A DNA stretch of 63,841 nucleotides, filler included, from Choristocarpus tenellus KU-1152 (lineage: Eukaryota > Protista > Phaeophyceae), in NCBI GenBank assembly GCA_964200185.2. It is 7 parts of 7 records of this genome, joined end to end, with 100 filler letters (N's around TTAATTAATTAA, not from the genome) between each part and the next. Parts side by side here need not be neighbours in the genome. Positions count along the whole stretch, not along the records: positions 31,182 to 59,419 come from CAXNAD020000129.1; positions 59,520 to 63,841 come from CAXNAD020015124.1; 5 more parts are not named here. One strand, written 5' to 3'. Numbering within the stretch: the first letter of the stretch is position 1; each line of letters starts with the position of its first letter. Shown here one piece after another: positions 53,037 to 63,841 of the stretch. The notes beneath the pieces were generated by a model. The model had not been told where the DNA came from. It ran no database searches and saw only the letters and a program-made list of their open reading frames with translations. A program made the position numbers and the translations under genes.

Positions 53037-56000
53037 ATGCCTTTTGCGCTGGGAACGACTACTGTTGCCGTGCTGGCCGGTCTCATTTTATCCCTGAAAT
53101 CTATCTCGGCGCTCTTGCCTGGGCTTCAGTCCGCCCTGGGTTGGTCGACCTTCCACTTCCAGGATAAGACAAACCTAATACCTGAAATCCATTGCACATG
53201 TTGGTGTGGTAGTCTGGTGGGGGCCTGCTGTCGCCCATGCACAAAATCTATACGGAGGACACAAGCGTTTAATGCCTGTTCTGGTGCACCTGAGCATGAC
53301 GATTGGGCGGATGACATTGGACGTGGTGCTGGCGAACGCCAAAGGGCAGGCCAGAGTTCGAAAGCGTCTCAGTCATTGGACGAGGTCGTAGCTCAGCTCC
53401 AAGGGGAGATAAGGATGGGTGGGGATGATTGTCTTGTGGATTCGCGATCTGCTCTGGATAACTTATTCGCAGGGCTGAGGGAATCTTCTTCAGAGGAAAA
53501 TGTTGGAGAAGTAGTCGTTTCAAGGTCGAAGAAGGAAAGCTGTTTGGGTAAGGGGAGGAAAGACTCTGATGACCTCGATTCCCTCTCTGTAGCGCTAGCC
53601 CGCTTGCAGGAGAAAGCACAAGCACGAGATATTGCTGCGGCGGCGGAGCGTGCTAGTGCACTCGAGAGAGGAGAGCTACCCCCAATGGTGACACGAGCGA
53701 AGAGACAGGAAATGATAACACGCTTCGCATCGCTTCGCCAGGGAAGGGTAACCTGGGCAGTTCTCCCGTTGCTGCACGAGGCAAAGAAGGCAGGAATTCC
53801 TCTCAGCACTGGGGTATACAATGCGGCCATGGCAGCGTACTTCAAAACCCCGCGGAAATACATGGATGCCTTGCAGGTGCTAGAGCTTATGAGGGAGGAC
53901 GGAGGGGAAGACGCCCAGCCTGACCTCGCCTCTTACAACATCGCCATGCGCGTTTGCGGGGAAGCGGGCAAATGGAAAATAGTACTAGAGGTGAGAATGG
54001 ATACCCCTCATGTGAGTGGCGCAACAAAGCTTCACTAATGAGGGAAACTGTTTCAGGTCTGTTGTCTGTATGTTGTACGTGGGTGATACCTTACTGCGAA
54101 TGGGCTACTCAGTGACTATCATTGCGTTTCCTGACTGGGAATACTCGAGTTCCTTCTCATGGCTGAGTGTCTGAGACAACATCGTTTTACCCTTGTGTTC
54201 GAAAACCTCTAAGCTCCTGGCCGAAATGCAGAAGGATGGAGTAGAGCCGGACACGGCATCCTACAACTGTGCCCTGAACGGAATGGCCAAGTGCAGGGAA
54301 TGGTATCGGGCCCAACGTCTAGGTCGCAAAATGCGTGAAAAGGGCCTCCAACTAGATGCCTTCAGCTACAATGCCCTCATTCAAGCAGCCGGCTTGGGCA
54401 GCCTTGCCCCAAGGCGGAACATGATACAGGTTTGGCAAATACTCACGTCCCCCTATAAATAGCCCTCTAATCCACCAGATTGAGAGATAAAATGTAGCAG
54501 TGGGTACTGCCTTGTTTCTGTTGAAGTTGAAAGATGTACGTATGCAATAGCTGTCATCATTAAGCTAAACTGAAACTTGAGGTAACTTCTCTCTGTGGTT
54601 GATAGATTTGTTCTAAACTGACTTGGCCAAGTCGTGTCATTGCACAACTTTGTGCTCCTTTCTTATCTCTATCCAACGGTCTTCCCAGTCGCTTCTCAAC
54701 GCTTAGAATTCTATTTCAAGAGTGTGTACTCCTCTCAAGTAACCATCCAAATCCAAGCCTTGCACCCAGTAAGAAGTCACCGTTATTATGAAGACTGTTG
54801 CCATGTCATACCATTAAACTGTGACAGCAACCATGACGGTATCTAATTCTCTAGCATGTGACCACTATTACACAACAGTACAGTGTCCCTCTACTACCTT
54901 ATTTGACCATACTATCTCAAGCCAATCCCCGCTGGTCTGGTCGCCCTGTCATGAATAGATAGTTTATCATATGGAGAAGCAGGGACTGGAACCAACCGCC
55001 TACACGTATACAGTCCTGTTAGATTGCCTAGTGAAAAGGGGAAAGGTGTCTGATGGGTACCAGGTGAGCAGCAGTGCATCAGTCTCACTACCTTTTGTAG
55101 ATTACGAGAAATCAGGAAGGCTCAGGGGGAAGGATGGGGACAGAAAAGAACCTAGAAAAGAGGCCCATTTTGAGACTTCTTGAAAGCACCTTCGAGTTCT
55201 CCGGTCTCAGTTGATGACTAATAATTTTTTAGAAAATTAGTTAATTTTCTTGTTACATGACATCATTTCGCAGGACACTGTCCGTTGCGTGTCTGTTTGC
55301 TTACTCTCCCCTCTTGCTGTTTGAACGCGACAATCATTCCTGGAGACTTGTCCATGACAGGAAACCTGATACGAACCGGTTTGGTGACTACAGCCACAAC
55401 CTGCATTTTGCACTTCTTCAGTGAGATTTAGCCTTGCAGGAATGGGAGATAATCCTTGGTTGCTCACATTGAGTTGTGCTGCATTTTATAGGGTGCTTTT
55501 CCCAGTCGTTGAAATATTCCATCGCCCTTCCCTTCTGGTGGTCCCCGTCCATCACTGCATTTCCAGACGTCGAACCTCTCCATCTCCCCTCACGCATCAG
55601 GTGATGGCTCGACTTGTTGACGCCAGGGCTCCTCTGCTTCCCAATGGATGGAAGGCGGCCTTGTGGTTATGCTGGGATCGCAGAGACTGGCAAAGGGCGA
55701 TGATGGTCATGGAGGACATGCGTATGGCCAAAAGAAGGCCCTCAGGTGAGGGGCGATAGGGCAGAAGGGCGTTGTTTTGGTGGTTTCAATAAGTCTATTG
55801 GCAATTTACTCTTAATGGATTGAAGCATGTTTTATCATACGGTGTATGCATGTGATGGAGGTTTGGTTTGGTCTCCAAGGACAGATAGTACAAACTTTAT
55901 TTCTTGGGTGTGGTGGAGGGGATGGAGAGAGGAACAGGGTGACCGACTCTTGACTGGTGAAGTAAGGGTGATGTATGCACACCGGCGGTGCTTCTTGTTC

Positions 56001-59000
56001 TTGGAATTACATTTGAATACACTCCCCAGCCGTTTTTTATTTTTTAGGTTGAAGTACTCCTTCCAAGGCATCATGTGCTGTAGTTTACAATCCTAATCCA
56101 CTTCCCTCTTTTGGTAGGATGCACTCCACACACTGAATACACATTTTGTTCCCCAAACTCAATGCGTTTTTTGCCTGCTGGGGTATTTGCTGTTCTGCTT
56201 AGGTACAATGTACCTAATGGCTGTCACGGCTTGTAGCCGTGCTGGGCAGTGGGAGCGGGCCATGTCCTTGATGGCAGAGATGCAAAGTGGTCAAGGTGAG
56301 GATTCCTGGAAAGATGTGATCCCTTTTGCTATGCATGGGGAAGGGCTTGTTTGCAAATTGTTTTGAACTGTAGTGATTGAATTGCTACAGTTAAAAAAAA
56401 ATGTGATTAATTGAAACTGGAAATGTAGGGGTAAGTTTCTTTGTTTCTTTGTCCAGATGCACGCTGTGCCCCTCTGCTTGCTAATCCCAGTGCTTTGCAT
56501 GCCTTGGATCATTTTGGTCTGATTTAACATTTGTTCATGAATGCTCTGCAACACTAGGAACTTCACAGTGTAGGAAGGAGGTTACAGTGTTTTAGATCTG
56601 TGGGCATGCATTAAAAAAAACTATCACTGAAGGAGGCTTAATACATGTTCTCCTTTTTTGGAGCATGTTTATGTTGAAGGTATAACTCAAGCTCAGAGGG
56701 AGGGGGGAATCAGATCCCCGCTCCTGCATTGTTAAATTGCCTGTTAGGCCCAGCACTAGTCAACCTGCTCTTACCTTCAGACTGATTTTGGTTCCATTTG
56801 ATTTTGGTAGATGCTGTAACTGTGAAAATTATATGGTTGTTTGCTTGCTAGTACATAATGTCCCACATCTCCCCTGCTTCAAGGCATTGCCACCATAACC
56901 CCCGTCACCCCGATATGTTTTCCCTTGCCTTCATATCAATATATGCCCGTGCTCGTGCTTAGCTACTGGCACTGGAAGGCAGAGGCACAGGAATGTGGCA
57001 AGGGTCAACAAGGGCGGGGGAATTCACAAGGCCGTTGGAGCAGTTGTGGAGATGAGAACGCCTGAACAGCTCAAGAAGGCAGAGGAGAAACAACTGCTGC
57101 TGGAGATGAAGATTTATGAAGAAGTGAGGACATGTATGTCGGTGGGAAGGGCAGCAGTGGGTCCTGTTGGGGAGTCAATACACCTCCTTTGTGAGGACAG
57201 TGATAAGGAGATGAAGAGGGTGTGTATCAAGTGTCTTGTCTCGGTTTGGCCCTTATGGTGTTGGGGAGGAGGAATGGGCATGGGGTGGGCTTCCCTGGCT
57301 GGCCTGGAGGTTACTTAGTTTCTGTGTAGAGCCATACCTAACATGGCACCTGCTCTATATTGCTATGTTGTGAGGTCTCCTTCCATAGTAACAGAGAGAC
57401 ATTAATGTTTTGGGAAGGGTTAGGGTTAAGAAGTTAAAAAGGCGGAGCAGGCATTGGGTGTAAGTGTGGTGTATCTTTCTGTCGAATTTAGTTCTGCCAT
57501 GCAAAAATATTAGCAATAGAGGCCAAGTACACCTCATTGATACCTTTCTCCTATATTTAGCTCTAGAGCTCAAGCACACCTCCTTGACATATTTCTCCTA
57601 TATTTAGCTCTAGACCTCAAGTACACCTAATTGACACCTTTCTCCTATTTTTAGCTCTAGACCTCAAGTACACCTCATTGACATATTTCTCCTATATTTA
57701 GCTCTAGAGCTCAAGCACACCTCCTTGACATATTTCTCCTATTTTTAGCTCTAGAGCTCAAGTACACCTCATTGACATCTTTCTCCTATATTTAGCTCTA
57801 GAGCTCAAGCACACCTCCTTGACATATTTCTCCTATTTTTAGCTCGAGAGCTCAAGTACACCTCATTGACGCCTTTCTCCTATATTTAGCTCTAGAGCTC
57901 AAGTACACCTCATTGACACCTTTCTCCTATTTTTAGCTCTAGAGCTCAAGTACACCTCATTGACACCTTTCTCTCTCTCTCTCTTGGTAGGTGTTGGCTG
58001 CTGTAGCTGTGGCTGGCCAGGTCGAAGTCGCACAAGGCCTCCTCAAGGAAATGGAGCAGGCTGGATTGACGCCAAGCAAGGTGCGACTCAAGATTTTTAG
58101 CCCAGGGGAGCCAAGTGCCCTCTCCGTATACTGCCATTGACAGTAGCCCCTTGTTCTTGTACTGGAAATATTTCGCGATGCACTTTGTGGTAATGAGTTG
58201 AGGTAATACCATTATGTCCTGTGGTAGTATCTTGGAGGGCTTAAATCTGTCGTTTCAAAGTACTCTAAATGATTGACTCTGATTGGTTGACCCCACTATC
58301 TATGATCTGATTTGGTGTCTGTAGCTTAAAGCTTTTTCGCATGGAGCTCTGATGTTGGAAGGATTGTGAACAACAGCCATGTATGTGCACAAAGTGTGAA
58401 ATGTCAATAGCGAAGTAAGAAAAGTGTGCACGTCTTTGCACAGTCACAGGCACCGACCGACTTTTGATCTCCGGTGCAGCAACTGTCCTTGCGTCTTGGA
58501 TGTGTGTTGCACCTCCTCCTCTAACTGGCTCTATCTGACCTCTCCCCCTGTCCGCCTCCTCTTCGACCAGCTCCTTCCCTTCCCTTGCCGACTTTTTTTT
58601 TTTCGAGAAAGTTTAGGAACTAGATGTAGCTCGCCGTGTCCTCTGCGGGTCAAAGCAGTAGTGCAGATTTTCATTTTTGTTGCTACGAGAGTATTATCTA
58701 AATGCTTGCACACGGTGTATTATTGACTGTATTATTGACTGTATTATTGACTGTATTATTGACTGTATTATTGACTTTATTATTGACTTTATTATTGACT
58801 TTCATGGCGATGTTCGCCCTGATGAGGCGTAAAGTCTGCATACACGGTTCCTCCATCTTCTTCTGAACAGAAGGTGATGCTTAGTACTGGTATCAGTGCA
58901 CAGGCCACGCATCGCCATCCTGTCCTGAAGTCGGCTTTATCTCACGACTCAATGCGATTTTTTTTTTTCTGCCGTTTTTATTTTGTTTCAATTTTTTTTT

Positions 59001-59006
59001 TTTTTT

Positions 59007-59037
<31 letters not shown>

Positions 59038-59305
59038 GGGTGGTGGGGGGGGGGGTTTTTTTCTTTTTGGTGGTTTGGGGTTGTGCGTCTGGGGGGGAAG
59101 GTCACGTAGACGCGCGTGAATCCCGCCTTCCTGGACCCTTGTTCTTATTTACTTCCAAGTATATTATTGTTTATGATGTAGATCGCTTAGCATTTCTTGT
59201 TGCTCACCCGCAAACAGGGATGCTTCTTGTCAGCCATGCGGGCATGCTCAAAGTGGGGGCGGTGGGACATTGTGGAACACATGTTGATGGACATGGAGGC
59301 AATGG
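53037..59305 (+). CDS. Pentatricopeptide-repeat (PPR) protein, 3'-partial; exons 53037-53990, 54214-54429, 54959-55063, 55601-55745, 56203-56295, 56963-57123, 57991-58080, 59218-~59305
   Basis: Repeated PPR units (VYNAAMAAY, PDLASYNIAMRVCGEAGKW, GVEPDTASYNCALNG, DAFSYNALIQA, EPTAYTYTVLLD, ACSRAGQWERA). Hydrophobic signal-peptide-like N-terminus. Confidence 0.9.
57524..57973. repeat. 47-bp tandem minisatellite, ~9.5 copies, in a PPR intron
   Basis: caagtacacctcattgacacctttctcctatatttagctctagagct starting at 57524, 57571, 57618, 57665, 57712, 57759, 57806, 57853, 57900 and 57947. Confidence 0.97.
58716..58800. repeat. 12-bp tandem repeat (tgtattattgac) x7
   Basis: Read directly from the sequence; the last two units have a g>t change. 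Confidence 0.95.
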
Positions 59306-59519
59306 GTGTTGGCTTTGTCCTGCTTGGCAGCAGGACTCCAGCTGCAACTGGACATGAGGGCCACAGGGAAGGGATAGGGGCTTGGGCTGGGGGGACCGTG
59401 ACAGGACAGCTAAGTGCGANNNNNNNNNNNNNNNNNNNNNNNNNNNNNNNNNNNNNNNNNNNNTTAATTAATTAANNNNNNNNNNNNNNNNNNNNNNNNN
59501 NNNNNNNNNNNNNNNNNNN

Positions 59520-59569
59520 TGGACATTCTGGTGTAGACCTCCCCCCCCCCTCCCCAGATACGTCGGGTC
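59520..59569 (+). mobile_element. MITE family A, terminal fragment at contig start
   Basis: tggacattctggtgtagacc..ccccagatac..gggtc matches 7328-7373. Confidence 0.75.
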
Positions 59570-60514
59570 TGTGGGATCCACTTCCCATCCATGTCGCACT
59601 CCAAGGAGGGGGTTAGTATGGTGTATGCTTGTGGGGGAAGTAATAGATGCAAGAGGTTGTAAATATTATGGAGGCATAGAAATATGAAATTGACAATACT
59701 GCTCAAGCAACCACATGCGGGTAGCTAGTATCAAACTACAGTTGTGGACAAAGCTCCCAGTGTCATTGGTGAATGCCATGGAACACTAAACGGAAAAGAG
59801 GATTTCCTTAGACTTCTTGAGGAGCAATTCTTTTTGAAGAGAGATATTTTTGCTTTTGACAGGATTCCTATTTACAGCACTAGGTTATAGAAATGCGAGG
59901 TTTTCACATCCCACTGACAGGCGTTAACCAAAGCAATTCATCATCATACGTGTAGTGCTGCCATGAATATATATACTTACATGCACCCCCGAGGTGCTCT
60001 CTACACTGGCAATAATAGATGATGTGTCAGGTTGCAGACATCTCATGTGACATCTACCATCCCATGTCATGTTCTCTTAGGATCAGTGTGACCTTGAATC
60101 CTCATAATTACTGAGATATTGCATCGAAAATCAATAGTAATGCCTACTTTCATGTACAAGAACACATCGTGGGTTGTTCATCACGTCAATCTCAGTCACT
60201 GATCGCCTTGAAAAAATGGAGGCCAAGAGGTGATTCAACAAAACCTGCCCACATGGACTCGACCTCAAAGAGCCAAACCACCCAATATTACACCCAAACA
60301 CTATCTGTGACCAGCTTCACATGGGAAGGGAGTAGAGCCCCACCAATTCGAAGACCTCAAGAGAAGGAAAAATATCTCAGGATAAGAAAGAAATGATGTC
60401 AAGCACCAAAGTCTGGTTGGGGGGGGGGGGAAGGGGCTATCCTCTGACACTACTCTAGGGGTTAGGTATAGTTTTTCTCTGCTAAGGATGATATTATTGA
60501 TAGTTGATGAGGTG

Positions 60515-60773
60515 GAGTTAAATGTTCTTAGAGGGTAGAGCTGCGTCCGTTTGGGGGCCAAACTCCAATGGTGCGATGTTGATGTGATTTTGGCTATTAT
60601 GTTTGTTAGGAAGTGTCAATATCCTTGTTCCGAAAACAATTTTTTATAACATACACATTTTACCTATCCTGAACCATTTTGGAGTAGGTAAAATGTCAGA
60701 AGAGACCCGTGGGAAGCCAAGCCCAGAATGAACAAATAGGGCAAAACTCTTACCCTCTAAGATACTTTCACTC
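60515..60773 (+). mobile_element. MITE family B, full copy, 259 bp, TSD GTG
   Basis: gagttaaatgttcttagagggtag..taccctctaagatactttcactc. gtg at 60512-60514 and 60774-60776. Confidence 0.9.
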
Positions 60774-60999
60774 GTGGTATGATGTAAAGTATTTACCACG
60801 AGGTCTTTGAGATGAAGTACATATGCGTCGATCTTGCACAATATTTGTATTTTCCCAGAGCACATCAATCTCATGATGCTGCATTTACTGCTGGACTAGT
60901 ACTGGCTGAACTTTGATTATGGCTGTAGACAAGCACTGCTGGCTGTGTCCTCTACTGACAGTAACGGCCAAGAGTTAGCTGTGAAGATCTGTGCTTATG

Positions 61000-62170
61000 T
61001 CTTGTGATGAGACAGTCAGAGAGTGTGTCAAATTGAAGTAGGGATGTTAGATATATTTTGTGTGGCGTCAAGTATACAAGGGGGCACAGGAGTTTACCCA
61101 GAGCCATGCTAGAGAGAGTTAGAGTGAGGTGGAGTGTGATGCTATTAGTGTTCACTGCATAATCCTTAGACCTCAAAATCAATGTCTTGGATCTTCTTTG
61201 GGGTACCCACGGGCAGGGTTTGGGGGTTCTGTTGTCACTCATTCAAAGATCTTGTAAAGGAGATTAGTGCTGAAATAGGATAGCTTGATACGGACAGAGT
61301 AGGGAGGGTTTGACAGTCTATTTACGGTACAAATGAAGTTCTGGAGTCCATTGGAGACAAAGAGGAATGCAGTGGTATAGACGCAGTACTAAGGATAGGA
61401 AAACTATTTGTAACTGTGCTCGGGAAAAGGGACCTTGAGGTCTACTTGCATCCCTTGGACTGGTAGTTGTATGGAGATGGTTACTCCTGAGTGGGAGGTT
61501 TCAAGGTTTATGATGCATTTCATGCCGAGGATTCAAGGTCTGTGTCCATTCTTTTTTGTACAAAGCGTCCTTGAAGGGTCGTAGTGTAGAGAGCTTTGAG
61601 AGTATTTCAGAGATAGATGTATGCTGGGAATGCCGTTTTCAGCGTCATGATCCTACTGTATGTGGCAATTACTTTATTGCACAATAGTTCTTCTCACCCA
61701 GGTGTTCACTTTCAGGGCATACCTCTCTTAGGTCTCTTGTGAATGTTTCAAGCTCACCCAAGTTGGGAGATGTTCATATGAATTATTTTTCGTCTGTCCG
61801 AGCAGGTAGCATGGTCAGAGTCCGGGCCATGGATCGACCCTGATCTAATATATTAGGACTGCGCCAGCCAGTTGCCTTGCCATTTTGAAACAGTTGACAT
61901 GCAAAGGCTTGCTCTGTCAGAACGTATTTGAACCTGGGTCCAAATTGCCCCAGTGCATAAGGAAAGAAGAAATGATTTGTATCCCCTTTGTCATACCCTT
62001 ATACTGTTCGGGGGTTGTATAACGATTGTACCTCAGTCTGAAAAATATTGGGACTTGTTCAGCCCACCAGGTTTCGGCACTAGATGGACCTGGTCCAGAT
62101 GAAACGTCCTGTTCCACATTTGTTGTTAAAAGGTTGGGATTTAGGTCTGGTGTCATTCGTAGGGAGTCAC
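61000..62170 (-). mobile_element. Possible highly decayed non-LTR (CRE/R2-like) RT relic
   Basis: Weak motifs in plausible order: SSGPGPS (~62100), SQLG (~61760), MQVDLK (~61450). Confidence 0.3.
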
Positions 62171-63841
62171 AACATTTCTGTTCGATTGTCAGGGTCAACC
62201 CCCCCCCCCCCCATCCGCCCTCTCGAATACTGTTTTCTCTTTTTATTTTCAAGTTTTTTCAGATGTATGTGATCGTTAGCTCACTCCGTGCAACCATTGA
62301 CATACTGAAAAATATTGAGGGTGTGACCGCTACCTATCCCTCCTTGTTAGTTTGATACCTGTCTCTTGCAACGACTGCTTTTGATGTTTTGGTATCTCTC
62401 TTTTTTTATATCCCTTTAACTTTTTTGAGTTGTAACTTTCCTGTCTTCTGGCGTTTACCTTGTGAACCATTAGCTGTTTCTCAGGCTTGGCTTTCTATGT
62501 ATTGCCTGTGTACACCCAAGCATTTTACATTATATGCCCTCGCCAACACAAGCACAATGTTTCTACTACCTGTATTGTACAGATACTCACAGCTCCCTGC
62601 CTGATATCTACGTTATCTACCCTCCAGTACACCCGTGGTAGTTCACCATATACCCTTCTCTGTGCCGATGCCCCACCCCCCCGCCACTAGCTTGTTGACT
62701 CTGTGTCTATTTCCTCCGATGCCGCCTAACAGTCAGGCGTGTTTGGTCCGGATTTGCCGTTGACCAAAGGGGAGAGTGAAGCAGATGATAGTGGTGACAC
62801 AGGTGCTAACAACGTGGCACCCCAACGTGTTGCTCAGGGAGCAGAGTAGGGCGGGGCACAAGGTTTTGTTATTGTACGTGAAGGTGGTGGTGATGATGCC
62901 CCCCCACCTGTAGAGGTTGGGGCTGGAGGGGATGACTCTCTCATATCTGGGCTAGCAGAGGATGACACGCTCCCTGACTTTGATACTGAACCCATGGACG
63001 ACTTTGAGGAGGTATCAGTTGGGTGGAACCAAACACAGCAGGTGCAATTGAGGCAGGTGACGATGATGATATGGACTGATTTGGGAAGGGGCTCTGCTGT
63101 ATGGGGAGGTACAAGATGGAGAGGAGAGTTGGACATGGCGGTGATGTTGTTGGGGAGGGGGAGGGGGGTGATGGCTGTTGCACTGATTTTCAATCGATGC
63201 AACCAAGGATTGATGATAGAGGATGCACTTTGCCCACTTCTGACATTGTGCATGGAAAGACAGGAAAGGTGGAGGGATGATGGATGTAGGAGAGGGGTTT
63301 GCACCCCATTAGTGTGTTTATTCTTAGTTTGCTTGATTTGTTATTCAGTTGTTGCTTGCTGAGTTGCTCACAAGTGGTTGTTGCTGTTCGCCCTAGGAAA
63401 CAGGTACATTAGGCTGTGGAGAAAAGCCTATGTCATTTCACCATCACAGGATATGCTGATGGGACAGCGTCGATGAAGAATCAGGTGGAAGTATGAGTGG
63501 TGGTTGTTCTTGGAAGGCGCGAAATAATGGAAAGGGTTAATGCTGAAGTTAATTTTTTTCCCCTGACTCTTCTTGGTTGTGGCGCTGTCTTGTGGACAAA
63601 GTCTGTGAGAGGGATACTGATGTATGCTTGCTGCCTTTGTGATTGTGCTGCTGTTTTCTGAAGGAGATGTTATCTTATCTGTGTTCTTCTATTGCTGCCA
63701 GCCTTAGCCGGCAGGAGTATCGATGGGTAGGTGGGTGGATGGAAGTCGTGGACATTCAGTGCGTGAAGGAGGGGAGGGGGGGGGGGGGGGACATGGACGT
63801 CTCCGAGGGGAAAAGGAAGGGGAAAGAGGGGAGGGAGGAAG

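Noticed and set aside
57524-57973. CRISPR-like array
   Set aside because: Units are contiguous with no unique spacers, there are no cas genes, and it lies in a eukaryotic intron.
62700-63362. Acidic/Gly-rich and Ser/Pro-rich ORFs
   Set aside because: Low complexity, stops in the plus frame and no domain; cannot be supported as a gene.

Overview
This is eukaryotic, intron-rich genomic DNA. The GT-AG introns and a plastid-type bipartite presequence point to a photosynthetic stramenopile such as a brown alga or relative (inference). The window is not contiguous: seven contigs are joined by an artificial 100-nt linker (N-run + TTAATTAATTAA + N-run). Host genes reconstructed by hand splicing are a beta-ketoacyl-ACP synthase (FabF/KAS, partial), a DUF1499-like protein head-to-head with a complete YchF/OLA1 ATPase, a STE11/MEKK-like kinase head-to-head with a PPR protein, and a possible GT61-like fragment. 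The rest is mostly decayed mobile DNA: Ty1/Copia relics (one with an internal inversion), a Ty3/Gypsy RT fragment, a piggyBac pseudogene, a gag-only LTR element, a possible non-LTR RT relic, and two related MITE families with 3-bp target-site duplications (TSDs). The most unusual candidate is a putative DNA transposon beginning at CACTA (10760), with subterminal repeats and a spliced, decayed transposase-like gene that does not look like a canonical EnSpm TnpD. No CRISPR array, rRNA or intact tRNA was seen. All family assignments come from motif recognition, not database searches.
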